From: Phyllobates terribilis
Lineage: Eukaryota
Direction of reading: 5' to 3'
Assembly (NCBI RefSeq): GCF_046119375.1
Contig: NW_027362761.1
Location: 359,476,001 to 359,540,000 of the forward strand
DNA: 64,000 bases
Shown here: one piece after another, positions 35,866 through 48,439 of the stretch
Numbering within the stretch: the first letter of the stretch is position 1
How the letters are laid out: every line of letters begins with the position of its first letter
Program-made: the position numbers and the translations under genes
The notes under the pieces: generated by a model
Seen by the model: only the letters and a program-made list of their open reading frames with translations
The model's database searches: none
What the model was told of the DNA's origin: nothing

Positions 35866-37429
35866 GTGTGTGCGCGCACACACGCACACACAATGTGGTT
35901 GCATAATGAACAAACAAAAGAATACAGTCGCCTCTGAGCGCAGAGATATGCAAAGTGAAGGTACATAAATTGGACAATTCATGGGAGCCCATCAACAATG
36001 ACCAGATGTACCATTCTTTCATGGGACCTAACCAAATTTAAAGGGCAGGTAGGAGCCTTTCACACTTCTGATTTTTCCATACAAGAAAAATGGACCGATT
36101 ATTATGATCAGACTTTGATCAGAGTGTGGTTGAAGTGTCATCCGTTTTTATTGTAATGGAGAAATAAAAAAAATATCTGTCATCAGTGTGACACGTACCG
36201 GCGCCTGGGAATCAGCGGTACAGTTAGTGCTGTTCCCAAGCGCTGGGTGCTGAAGTCATCATTGTCCCCTGCTTGCGCTGCAAGTGTGATCCTGATGCGG
36301 CACACGGTTGCCACACAGGTAGACACAGATATCTCCGGTACTGTTTTTTCCAGTACTGGAAATATCTGGACGTGTGAAAGAGGACTTAGGCTGATGGGAG
36401 GAGATCAGTGTACTATTGCTGATGGTGACTGCTTCATTCACACAGTAATTTTGATCAGTATTTCTATGCCAAATCCAAGAGTGTCTCCAAAACACAGAAC
36501 AGGTAGCAATCTTTCAATTATAGTTTTTCTCTATAGGCTCCAATCCAATTTTTCGCTAACAAACACTGATGCAAAACACTGAACAAATACTGATGTGTGA
36601 ATGAGGCCTTAGGCTGTTTTTAATTAGTTCTGGATCCTACCTGCCCTTTATATTTGTAGCTTTTAGACTGGTAGAGATATGTCTGAAAACTATTAGGTTA
36701 TAGTCCCATCAAAGAAAGATACAGCTTGTCGCGGCTGGTGGGCTCTCATGAATTGGCCAATTTATGCACTAAGCACCTACATTTCATAAGTATATGCTAT
36801 ATAGCAATAATGAAGTTGAAATGTCATATAATTCAATGTTTGCACATCTCAGCGCTTACAGAGGCGGCTGCATTCTTCTATATAAACCATACATTTTCGG
36901 CAGGCCAGTCTTCACAGCCAGCTGATGTGCGGAGCGCTAACACAGTGGAGTGGGAGAGAGATGCACTTTACACCTCACAGGTTACAAATCTGTAAAGCCC
37001 AATTTCTGATCAGGAGATTTCGTCCACGATGCTGATATTTGGGCAAATGGACAAAGGTTGTCTTTATGAGTGAAACTCTATATCATCCATATATCATTCA
37101 ATAATTGTAGTAACATGGACTTAACTATATATGTATATACATAAAAATGTCACTGTGTAAAATAGCTCTTACTATAGTACCAGTGACATGCCACTAATAG
37201 TGACAAACCACGTGGCCACTTTTGAGCCATGAGTTGAGGACACCTGGTGCTAAAAGGTGCTGCTGTACCATTAAGCCGGGAATCTGTGTCTGAGCGCAGC
37301 AGGCATGATGACGTCACTATATTGCGTCTGCTGTGCAAAGTCTCAGTTCACATGGTGCATAGAGCAGCTCATTGGGGAAACAGGGCTACGTGATAAGTTT
37401 TTAGATTTTTCATAAGTCAGGACTTGTAG

Positions 37430-37990
37430 GGGTTTGTGGGGCCTTATACTGTGATGGGGACTACTGAAAGGGGGGCTTGTGGGGACCATCATATTGTGGG
37501 GACTACTGTGGGGGCCAATTTTACTGTGTGTGGGGGACCTGTGCAGACCATCATAGTGTGGGTACCTTCATCATATTGTATGGGGGTTCTGTGGAGGACC
37601 TGTGGGGCCATCATACTGTGTGGGGGCTGTGAGGGCCATCTTACAATGTGGGTCTGTGTGGACCATTATACGGTGTGAAAGGGGCTTGCTGTGCTGGGTT
37701 TGTTGGTATGTGCGGGCCATCATACATTGTGGGAGCCATCATGTTGTGTGGGGGCTGTGAGGGCCATCATAACATGTGGGTCTGTTGGGATCATCATACT
37801 TTTGCGGGGACCATCATGCTGTGGGGGGGTTGCTGTGGGGGGTCTGTGAGGGCCATTATACTTTGTTGGTATGTGCGGGCCATCATGCTGTGTGTGTGGT
37901 TGTGGGGACATCATACATTGCTGGGGGGACTACAGAGTCATAATACTGTGCGTGTAGAGGTTACAGTAGGGGAATTTACTGTAGGGGTAT
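37430..37990. repeat. Degenerate G-rich minisatellite (GGGGCCATCATACTGTGTGGGG-like units)
   Basis: Repeated CCATCAT...TGTGGGG motifs, probably internal to a hAT-like element ending ...GTACGCCCCTG at about 38105. Confidence 0.7.
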
Positions 37991-39984
37991 CATACAGTGT
38001 GTTGGATGCATTTTTGGGGCCCCCCTCAATTTTTTTTTTTTTATTGAGGGGGGCCCCAATTTGGACTTTTGCTATGGGGCCCCATAATTTCTATGTACGC
38101 CCCTGGTTAGTAGACCAATGGTGAGGACACCTCACTTGTGTCCTCACCATTGGTCTACTAACCTTTATGTATTATATTGTTACTGTTTCTCATTTTATCT
38201 TTTGAGAAATAAAATGTATACTTTTTTATAAATCTACCATGCCTGATATTTCAGTGTGGTATACTTTTAGGGCTTATTGCTCCACTATCTTGTAGAATTA
38301 ATTCATTTGGGATTATGGTTCTTATGCATATCCATTTCAGTTTAATTCAATACTATATACGGAGTATACAGCCGAAAACAATGCACAACAGAGCACAATG
38401 GGACTCCATCTGCATCATTATAGTCAGTGGTGCGGGGACTCAGACATAAGCCCCAACGGGGCCACTAAGCGTAGTAGCAAACGCTATGTGAACCCAACCT
38501 TAAGGTAGATCCCACATGCGGCAGTAATCATGCTTTTATGTAGTGGCCGGAGTATTCAAATGAAGTGTATTTTTGCCATACAAATTTGCTGATATCACTG
38601 CAGTTTTGGCAACAAAGGTTAAAATTGATTGATAATGATTGTGTGACAAGTTAAACTGTGGAATTACCAAAATCTTACAGCCTTTTAAAAGTCATTTAAA
38701 AGGGGGCGCATGCATGCATGGACCTCAATGAAGGAGAACATGTCTGACAGAACTCCGCCACCTGGACCCCGAAGAGCAGTGATTTACAGAGCCTACCTGA
38801 AGCCAGACCACAGAGATACCGGTGGGGGAATACCGGGAGCCGAATATGCCCAAGAAAGGGACTCCTAGAAAGACAAGTTGCTCAATTTCAGATCTCTTTA
38901 TGGCCCAGCACTCAGACGGAATTGCAGTAATGGCCGCAGCCGTCACTTCGGCATCTGCAAAACAGCCTGAGGATAGCATGGAGGCCCCAGACGAGCAGCA
39001 AACAGCTACGGACTCTGTAATTACAACTTCAGCTCTTCTTAAAAGTATGCAAAAGACATTCAGATCAGAATTAAAATCTGCTCTAGCAACTGTCACGATG
39101 CAGTTACAAGAGAATGCATAGCGTACTTCAGAATTAGAGAGTAAAATGACCGAAGTAGCTGAGGCATTAGAAGATGATCAGGAAAAGCTCAAACAGCATA
39201 CTGAGCGCCTTAATTTCCTTGTACTGAAATATGAAGATACTGAGAACAGATCAAGGAGAGGGAATATATGCATAAAAGGGCTACCTGAAAGCTTCACCTC
39301 CCTAAAAGAGACAGCTATGGCCCTTTTCTCAGAACTATTACAGCAAGCAGACCCTGCAGCATTACATATAATGAGAATACAAAGAGCAATAGGATGACCC
39401 CGCTCTGATGATATTCCCAGGAACGTCATCCTAAAACTGCACCATGAGGATTCTAGGGATTTAATTCTTTCAGCTACAAGGGATAGGTAGGCTATACTGA
39501 ACTTACCAAAATCTGTGCATCTCTATGCTGATTTGTCCCCAACTACTCTCTTTAGAAGAAGATCTCTACACCCTATTACAGCTGCATTACAAGCAGCTAA
39601 CGTGAAGTACCGCTGGGGCTTTCCCTTTGCCTTGCTATTTTCTCATAACAATGCTTTCTTCACAATCAGTTATCTGGAAGATGAATTGCCAATACTAGAA
39701 AAAGCGGGCATCCCAGCGCCCCATCATACCTCACGGCCCACGAGGGAATGGAGAGAGGTTAATAGGAGACAAAGACATACATCCATCAAATACATCCTGC
39801 ACTCTCCCTGCAACTTCCTTTGGTTTCCACAGTTAAGAAGTGCCATCTCCTATTTTTTTTCTCAATAACTGGTTATTGACTTCCTCTCACACACGGTTTT
39901 ATACTCAGGTTTAGACACGCAGCATGACCTTTCCAAGTCCGTCAGAAAGACACACACACACATTTTATATAATACATATATATA

Positions 39985-41132
39985 ATATCTCTGTTTGATG
40001 GCTTGTGACTATCTTGATCTTTATTACAAGAACAGAGGTTTTCAATGGGGTTCAGGTCTGGAGATTGGGCTGGCCATGATGTGGTGCTCCTTCATCCACA
40101 CATTGATTGACCTAGCTGTGTGGCATGGGGCATTGTCCTGCTGGAAAAAAACAGTCCTCAGAGTTGGGGAACGCAAGTGTTTTTTCAAGAATAACCTTGT
40201 ATGCGGCTTGATTCATACGTCCTTCGCAAAGATTAACCTGCCCAATTCCAGCCTTGCTGAAGCATCCCCAGATCATCACCGAAATTTCACAGTGGGTGCA
40301 AGACACTGAGGCTCGTATGCCTCTCCAGGTCTCCATCTAACCATTAGACGACCAGGTGTTGGGCAAAGCTGAAAATTACACTCATCAGAGAAGATTACCT
40401 TACTCCAGTCCTCTAGGGTCCAATCCTTATTGTCTTTGGCAAACTTCAGCCTGGCACTCCTTTGCTTCTCATTGATGAAAGGCTTTTTTATACCTTTACA
40501 TGACTTGAGGCCTGCCTCTAGGAGCCTGTTACGAACTGTTCTTGCCGTGCACTTCACCCCAGCTGCCATTGCTTTTGTAGGTCACTTGATGTCATCCTGC
40601 GGTTGCTGAGTGACATTCGAATAAGATGACGGTCATCCCGGTCAGTGGAGAGTCGCTTTCGCCCTCTGCCGGTCTGCAGCTTTGTTGTCCCCAATGTCTG
40701 CTGCTTGACCTTGTTGTAATGGACTGCAGTCTTCAAAATTTTAAGGATGGAGGCAACATGACGCTCACTGTATCCCTCTGCTAGTAAAGCCAGAATTGAG
40801 CCCTTTTCTTCACTCAAGACTTTTCTTTTCAACTCCTTTGGCATGGTTAAAAGCTATTTTTTCATTCAAATTACTTTTGGGCTATTCCTAGCACTTGTTT
40901 TGCCATCCAGCTTGTCTTATTGCAAGAGGATTGTGAAGACCACAGCAGTGTTTTTTATACTTTCCCTCGTTACATAAAATTTGGTTCAGGTGATCACCTA
41001 ATCAGAAGCACATCAAGTAGAATGAGGTGTACTTTGGTTGGAATTCAACTGACACTGGAATGGCTGTCAGACATGTAGAGATGGTGATTTTTAGAAAACT
41101 GTGCAGTGGTCTCTTAATTTTTGCCAGAGGTG
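39985..41132 (-). mobile_element. Tc1-like transposon, 3'-truncated
   Basis: 5' TIR CACCTCTGGCAAAAATTAAGAGACCAC with TA at 41133-41134; peptides MPKELKRKVLSEEK, VIFSDECNF and VMIWGCFS. Confidence 0.88.
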
Positions 41133-41144
41133 TATGTATGTAAT

Positions 41145-41146
41145 TT

Positions 41147-41214
<68 letters not shown>

Positions 41215-41215
41215 A
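41145..41215. repeat. (TA)n microsatellite
   Basis: About 70 bp of TA repeat between the two Tc1 elements. Confidence 0.97.
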
Positions 41216-42771
41216 CACTGCTCAAAAAAATAAAGGGTGCACTCAGATAACACATCCTAGATCTGAATGAATGAAATATTCTCATTGAATAATTTGTTCT
41301 GTACAAAGTTGAATGTGCTGACAACAAAATCACACAAAAATCATCAATGGAAATCAAATTTATTAACCAATGGAGGCCTGGATTTGGAGTCACCCCCAAA
41401 ATTAAAGTGGAAAAACACACTACAGGCTGATCCAACTTTGATGTAATGTCCTTAAAACAAGTCAAAATGAGGCCTCCACGGGCCTGTATGACCTCCCTAC
41501 AACACCTGGGCATGCTCCTGATGAGGTTGCGGATTGTCTCCTGTGGGATCTCCTGGACTAAAGCATCCGCCAACTCCCGGACAGTGCGTGGTGCAACGTA
41601 ACGTTGATGGATGGAGCGAGACATGATGTCCCAGATGTGCTCAATCGGATTCAGGTCTGGGGAATGGGCGGGCCAGTCCATAGCTTCAATGCCTTCATCT
41701 TGCAGGAACTGCTGACACACTCCAGCCACATGAGGTCTGGCATTGTCCTGCATTAGGAGGAACCCAGGGCCAAACGCACCAGCATATGGTCTCACAAGGG
41801 GTCTGAGGATCTCATCTCGGTACCTAATGGCAGTCAGGCTACCTCTGGCGAGCATATGGAGGGCTGTGTGGCCTTCCAAAGAAATGCCACCCCACACCAT
41901 TACTGACCCACTGCCAAATCGGTCATGCTGAAGGATGTTGCAGGCAGCAGATCACTCTCCACGGCGTCTCCAGACTCTGTCACGTCTGTCACATGTGCTC
42001 AGTGTGAACCGGCTTTCATCTGTGAAGAGCACAGGGCGCCAGTGGCGACTTTGCCAATCCTGGAGTTCTGTGGCAAATGCCAAGCATTCTGCACGGTGTT
42101 GGGCTGTGAGCACAACCCCCATCTGTGGACGTTGGGCCCTCATACCACCCTCATGGAGTCAGTTTCTAACCCGGTGTGCAGACACATGCACATTTGTGCC
42201 CTACTGGAGGTCATTTTGCAGGGCTCTGGCAGTTCTCCTCCTGTTCCTCCTTGCACAAATTCAGAGGTAGCGGTCCTGTTGCTGGGTTGTTGCCCTCCTA
42301 CGGCCCCACTCCACGTCTCCTGGTGTACTGGCCTGTCTCCTGGTAGCGCCTCCAGCCTCTGCACACTACGCTGACAGATGCAGCAAACCTTCTTGCCACA
42401 GCTCGCATTGATGTGCCATCCTGGATGAGCTGCACTATCTGAGCAACTTCTGTGGGTTGTAGAGTCCATCTCATGCTACCACAAATGTGAAAGCACAACC
42501 AACATTCAAAAGTGACCAAAACATCAGCCAGAAAGCATTGGTACCGAGATGTGGTCTGTGGTCCCCACCTGCAGAACCACTCCTTTATTGAGGGTGTCTT
42601 GATAATTGCCAATAATTTCCATCTATTGTCTATTCCATTTGCACAACAGCATGTGAAATTGATTGTCAATCAGTGTTGCTTCCTAAGTGGACAGTTTGAT
42701 TTCACAGAAGTTTGATTCACTTGGAGTTATATTCTGTTGTTTAAGTGTTCCCTTTATTTTTTTGAGCAGTG
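41216..42771 (-). mobile_element. Tc1-like transposon, full length (1556 bp), same family as 13279-14851, inactivated
   Basis: TIR CACTGCTCAAAAAAATAAAGGG at both ends with TA TSDs; LFTDESRF and DWPAHSPDLNPIEHIWD in broken frames. Confidence 0.95.
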
Positions 42772-43599
42772 TATATATACATACACACACATCTGTCCAT
42801 ATGATATCTTCCATGCGCCTCTGTTGATTTAATTTGCATAGAACTTTTGGCTATCAGTGGTTACAAGTGTTGAAAAATAGTATTTGGTGCATATATACAA
42901 AATTGATATCTTTAGACTGCTCTTGGCCAAGTGGACAACAGGTCGCCAAAATACTAGTGATGTCCTGGTGGCCCCTCTCTAATATAGAGCTCCACATCAC
43001 TAATTGTTTTGGGTTCATGACCCATGTTTATGACAAAATGTTCTACCTTTTCTTTTTCTTCTATTCCTTTTTTATGGTTTTTTTTTTTCATATTTTCTTT
43101 GCTTGTTTTTTTACGGTAGCAGTCAGCCCATTACAGCAGAACAATTGGTATTCTGCTCAGATTATTAGTCCATGCATTGATCCAGGGGGAAGATTATATT
43201 CAGCTTATTCTTCCAAAAATACTAAGACATTATCTCAATGTTCGGGGGTTTTAACTCACCTACAAAACGTAAGAAAGCTTCCTAGATTATAAGAAAGATA
43301 ATCCCGATATTATTTGTATACAAGAAACACATTTCTCAACAACTTCAAGTCCTAAATACTTTGACCGTCTATACTCCAGACTTTTTCTAGCATCCCACCC
43401 ACAAAAAACTAGGGGGGGTAGCCACATTCATTAAAAACTCCTTACCTCTCCAAATAACAGACTCATATTAAGACCCCGAAGGCCGATTCCTTATTTTAAA
43501 GGGCTCACTCCAAGGCCTAGAGGTATGCTTGATCAATAGTTATCTACCCGCTAACCAACAACTGATTAATACTGAGCAAAGGGTCTGAATACTTATTAC

Positions 43600-44942
43600 T
43601 GTTACGCACACGCCCGGACTGACTGGCGTGAGCATGATTAGTGATCCCACTGGCCCATGAACCGAGGAGTGCCTGGAGGGGCGTAACTAAGTATCGACTC
43701 AGTCAGACCAAGGTCACACGGCGGCTCAGTCAACTCCGTGAACCAGGGAGGAACTGAGCAGAGGGGACCAGGTGCTACTCCAGGTCAGCCACATGTGCGG
43801 TAGACAAGCAGAGCAGAGCAAAACCCGCAGGTGCGGTAGACAAGCAGAGCAGAGCAAAGCCCGCAGGTGCGGTAGACAAGCAGAGCAGAGCAAAGCCCGC
43901 AGGTGCGGTAGACAAGCAGAGCAGAGCAAAGCCCGCAGGTGCGGTAGACAAGCAGAGCAGAGCCCGCAGGTGCGGTAGACAAGCAGAGCAGAGCCCGCAG
44001 GTGCGGTAGACAAGCAGAGCAGAGCCCGCAGGTGCGGTAGACAAGCAGAGCAGAGCAAAGCCCGCAGGTGCGGTAGACAAGCAGAGCAGAGCAAAGCCCG
44101 CAGGTGCGGTAGACAAGCAGAGCAGAGCAAAGCCCGCAGGTGCGGTAGACAAGCAGAGCAGAGCAAAGCCCGCAGGTGCGGTAGACAAGCAGAGCAGAGC
44201 AAAGCCCGCAGGTGCGGTAGACAAGCAGAGCAGAGCAAAGCCCGCAGGTGCGGTAGACAAGCAGAGCAGAGCAAAGCCCGCAGGTGCGGTAGACAAGCAG
44301 AGCAGAGCAAAGCCGCAGGTGCGGTGAACAAGCAGAACCAGATACACACAAGGTACTTACAACGAAGTAGCGAGTGTACACAAAACTCACAAACAGAAGT
44401 TCAGAGACAACGAGTTGGAGTTAGGTGCAGGTTCAGACACTGCAGGAAAAGGGAAGGTTCGGACATAGAGAGAAACAGGTAACGGGCTAGGACACAGTTC
44501 AGACAGGAACTGAACCAGGAATAAGATACAGGAACGAGCCTGAGAACTCAGCCCCCAGGGTGTCGGAGACAGACTAGAAGTCACAGATACAGGTAACAGG
44601 CCTGGGTATACAGCCCCCAGGGGTGGAAACAGACAAGATACAGGACAGGACCTGGCAACTCAGTTGCATAGAACAAACTGAATGAAAGTGTTGCTCAGGC
44701 ACCTCTTACTCGGTGGAGGGTGTTTAAGTATCCAGTGACTCACAGTAATAGGCTGGGGAGGCATTAGGAGTGCGCACACAACTATAAGAATCAGGCAGTA
44801 GCCGCGCCACCGCCCTAAGCAATCAGACAAAAGACACAGCAGGTACTGGAGCAAAGTGTGCAGCCTGGATTGATAGGTAAGATGGCGGTCTTGCATGGTG
44901 GGAGGTGGTAAGCCATGCCAGCACGCCGCCAGGGATGTTACA
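43600..44942 (-). mobile_element. Solo LTR (1343 bp), sushi-like
   Basis: TGTTAC...GTTACA termini, perfect 5-bp TSD ATTAC (43595-43599, 44943-44947), and a TTGCTCAGGCACC motif parallel to the 885-2162 LTR. Confidence 0.9.
43790..44335. repeat. 36-bp tandem repeat (about 15 copies, three 31-bp variants) in the solo LTR
   Basis: Unit CCCGCAGGTGCGGTAGACAAGCAGAGCAGAGCAAAG, head-to-tail with no spacers. Confidence 0.95.
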
Positions 44943-45163
44943 ATTACCATGTAATATTTCAGTTTTTCTTTTTTAATAAATTTTCAAAAATTTCTACATT
45001 TGTTTTTTTTTTTCAGTCAAGATGGGGTGCAGAGTGTACTTTAATGAGAAAAAATGATCTTTTTAGAATTTACCAAATGGCTGCAATGAAACAGAGTGAA
45101 AAATTTAAAGGGGTCTGAATACTTTCCGTACCCACTGTATGTCAAAGGTCGAGAAGGGGTTAA

Positions 45164-46496
45164 AGGGATTTTCCATTGAACAAAGTTAATTTTAATCAAT
45201 AGAGCTTTGATTATTATTATTGTTTCACTATTGGGTGTGTTAAAAAAAAAAAAAAAAAAAATGTTCCCATGTTGAAAACATCTTAGAAATGTGCCCCTGC
45301 TGGGTACTGTGTAATGGCTGTGTATTACTGTGCTGGAACATACCACATCTCCTGGGAATGGGGAGGAAACAAAAGAATGTACAGACATTACAGCATGGAA
45401 TCGCAGCTGATTCTTTCTTTGAGGTAAAACATTGCTTAAAAACAGGAAGTGAAATGTTTTGCCTCACAAAAAGAATCAGCTGTGATCCCCTGCTGTGATG
45501 TCTATATATTTTTTTGCTTCCTCCCCTGCCCAGTAGATGTGGTATGTTCAGACCATGTTCATGCACGGGCAGATACAACTATTACAACAGGGCAGTGGAG
45601 TTGATAAGACAAACCTTCACCTCCTCAATTTCCCGGATTCCGACTCCCTCATGCATGGCTCATGTTTAAATGATAAATTTACTGTAGTAACATGGTAACA
45701 TCAGGCTTTTCATCACCATTATGATACAATAATTAAGCTACTGTATTTAGATATAAAATATATTTATTGGAGTACAACTTTAGAGCACAAATAACTTTAA
45801 TAAATTATAAATATGCAATACACTATGAAGTGGGGAAAAAAACAGTTTTCAACAAAAACGTACTGAATAACATTTGTGCAGTCTATGAATTTGTTCTCAG
45901 AAATAGTATCACCTCCATCAGATCCTCCTTCATAGAAGACCTCAAATCTGATCTAATTATTTTAAGGCTAGAAAACAACCTCTGTACACTAACTTGGGTT
46001 GGTGGCAAAGCAGTAACCACATGGGCAACATCTCTAACAATTTCAGGGTATAAAGGAATTGCCTCGCGCACAATCAGATTTGATGATCCTTCCCAGCATC
46101 TTTTACCTCTGATCTGTAGAGGAGGAGCTTCACTTCTGAGCGTGTACATAAAGTGCAGCACAGATTCAGCTCAACTAAGAGCCGAGATCCTTAGATCAGG
46201 AATAGGACATAACTTTCCCAAATTCTTATGAAAAAATATTCAGCACATAATGCTTTGAACTACAGTACCCAATTTATTTATTTTTTAGGAGTCGGACCAT
46301 TTTATACTGACTCCACCAAAATGGACACAAACTCCTCCACAGCACTGCATTACACAGTACACAGCAGGGGCACATTTATAAGAATATCTCAGCACAGGAA
46401 CTTTTTTTTTTTTTTTTTTTAACACATCCAATTGTGGAAGTTATTTTGTTCCAAGATCTATTAATTAAAATGTACTTTCTTCATGGGACAACCCTT
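45164..46496. mobile_element. T2/Kolobok-type MITE hosting a hAT derivative
   Basis: TTAA at 45160-45163 and 46497-46500; inverted arms of about 170 bp. Confidence 0.7.
45588..46347 (-). mobile_element. Internally deleted hAT element retaining the C-terminal dimerisation domain
   Basis: Degenerate TIR CAGGGCAGTGGAG / CTCCACAGCACTG; TSD 6/8 (TATTACAA/CATTACAC); peptide ALPPTQVSVQRLFSSLKIIRSDLRSSM. Confidence 0.82.
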
Positions 46497-47304
46497 TTAA
46501 AATTTCCAGAGGAGCATTGCATGGCTTATAAGTCTCCGAGCACCGGCTTGGCACGCTCTACAAAAGAGAAATGTTCCCCCATAGACCCAATGTAAGCCCA
46601 GAGAACAGGCTTTTTCTTCTTTTGCATTCTTTTTCCACTCTCCTTCTAATAATTTAACTATGGTATCCATCCATCTACCTGTTTTTTGCTTACCACTGTC
46701 ATCAAATCAGTGCCTGTAGTGGTAATTTTTTTTACTGGTGCCACACTCACAGCAAAGACATGATGCCTTGTGACCATTGTGTGCAATGACGGACTACAGC
46801 AGTCACCTGCTAGCCAATCACTGGTAAACAATAACTTAGAGGCTTCCCATAGACTGAGTGCTGGATCACAAGGTAAAAAGGTGATTATTTTTTGCTACAT
46901 AAAATTTAGAAAGGTCATTTAACCACTTTGAGTCTAAATGTGTATCTATAAGATTTTGTCTTCACAGAAAGTGACGGCATATTTCTAGGACTGCTAGTGG
47001 TGGAACCATCTTGTAAATCAAATCTATCATTTAGTGCCGTCACTGCCCACCACAATGGGTCTTGGTGACATCAGTACATGCAAAGTGCATCTTGAGGGAA
47101 ACAATCATCAGTGTTAAGTAATAAATGTCACCACATCAGTGCAAAACGACAGATGTGTCACACACAGGGGGGAAAGCCAATATCAGAACTTGGTAAAAGC
47201 GGCATATGATAGGAAATAATATGCTGCATAATGCCAGGAAACAACAGCTCGACATCGTCCATTATGATGAGCAGTAAACAAAGCTGTTTTCATTGCATGC
47301 AGTG

Positions 47305-48420
47305 AGTATTTATTTTTTTAAACTATATTTTTTTGTTATTAAAAGTATAAAGTATAACAGACAAACATCACATAGCATGTCATGCGATTAGAATCGATGG
47401 AGTGAAAACATTTCTATAATTAAGAAGACCTACTTTGTGTTAAAGCTTAATACAAATACACAACAAAATCAATAGGGTCAGTGTAGAAATGAACCCAAAG
47501 AGCAGGCCGATCCCCATATCACCCTTAGGCCCTCCGGCTGTCATTGAGAGCTCTTTTCAGACCATCCGAAGCATTGATATGTTATATCTTATAAACATAT
47601 AAACTATTTGACAAAGGACATAATACACACACAAAAGGGAAGGAAAGAGAAGGACAGGGTAAAGTGAACCAATCAGCTATTATGTTGTCCCCAATAATAG
47701 TCCCAAGGGGCCCAAATTGAATCAAGAAAAAATGGAACTTTATCATTTAGTATGGCTGTCATGTATTCCAACCTCCTAATATCAGAAACTCTATTCAACA
47801 GTTCCCCAAAATAAGGGAGGGATGCCTCTCTTCCAATGGAGAGCCACCAAGCATCTGGCCGCTGTCAGGAAATGAAGCAACAGTGTAGAAGAATTCTTAC
47901 CCATTCCTAGGAGTAGCGTTGAGTAGGTTTATAAGTGGATCCAGGGGAATATTAGTAAATAACACCCTCTGGAGCAAATATTTGACCGATTCCCAAAACC
48001 TTATAATCATTTTACAAGACCAGAAAATATGAAACTGAGAGCCCCCCAGTAACCCACAGCGCCAGCAGACATCTGGTAGTCGGGGAGTTTGTACAAAAGT
48101 TCCAGTGTGGTACCAGAACATTATTATTTTGTACTGGTTCTCCTTGTACAATGTACATATGTAGGTTTTAGCCACCTTGTTCCAGATGGTCTGCCAACAC
48201 TGAGGCGGAATAGAATATCCCTATTCAGCAGCTTCTTCCATCTAGCCATGTTCAAGTGCTTGGGAAAATAATTTTTATTAGGGGCATTAAGAATACTATA
48301 AATATTAGAAATCAGACCCTTAGTTGAAAGGCTTCTTCTACACATTATTTCAAATTCAGTTGGACTGGATACTTTTGCAGATCCATAAAGGGTTGTGGCT
48401 AGGTGTTTGATTTGTAGATA
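47305..48420 (-). mobile_element. L1 3' fragment (ORF2 C-terminus + A-rich tail)
   Basis: CWRCGLLGGSQFHIFWSC cysteine motif; T-rich tract at about 47310-47340. Confidence 0.8.
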
Positions 48421-48439
48421 TTAAAAAAAATTCTCGATT

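Larger units (their letters stand above)
38702..43565 (+). mobile_element. 5' portion of an L1-clade LINE (ORF1 + start of ORF2), interrupted by two Tc1 elements
   Basis: ORF1p in one frame at 38846-39868 with three stops (EDTENRSRRGNICIKGLPE, LYADLSPTTLFRRR, YRWGFPF); ORF2 APE start at about 43220-43565 (NVRGFNS-like, DIICIQETHF, DPEGRFLIL). Confidence 0.85.
43571..45137 (-). mobile_element. Tc1 terminal remnant split by a solo LTR
   Basis: CTGAGCAAAGGGTCTGAATACTT|...|CATGTAATATTTCAG...CTTTCCGTACCCACTG-TA; the same sequence is uninterrupted at 4264-4380. Confidence 0.85.

Noticed and set aside
43790-44335. 36-bp repeat array as a CRISPR
   Set aside because: Units are head-to-tail with no unique spacers, lie inside a solo LTR in eukaryotic DNA, and there are no cas genes.
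43726-44390. Three overlapping ~200-aa ORFs
   Set aside because: Artefacts of a stop-free 36-bp tandem repeat.
38702-48420. The two L1 pieces as one twin-primed inverted insertion
   Set aside because: The plus-strand 5' piece lies on the poly(A) side of the minus-strand 3' piece, which is the wrong geometry; they are treated as separate copies.
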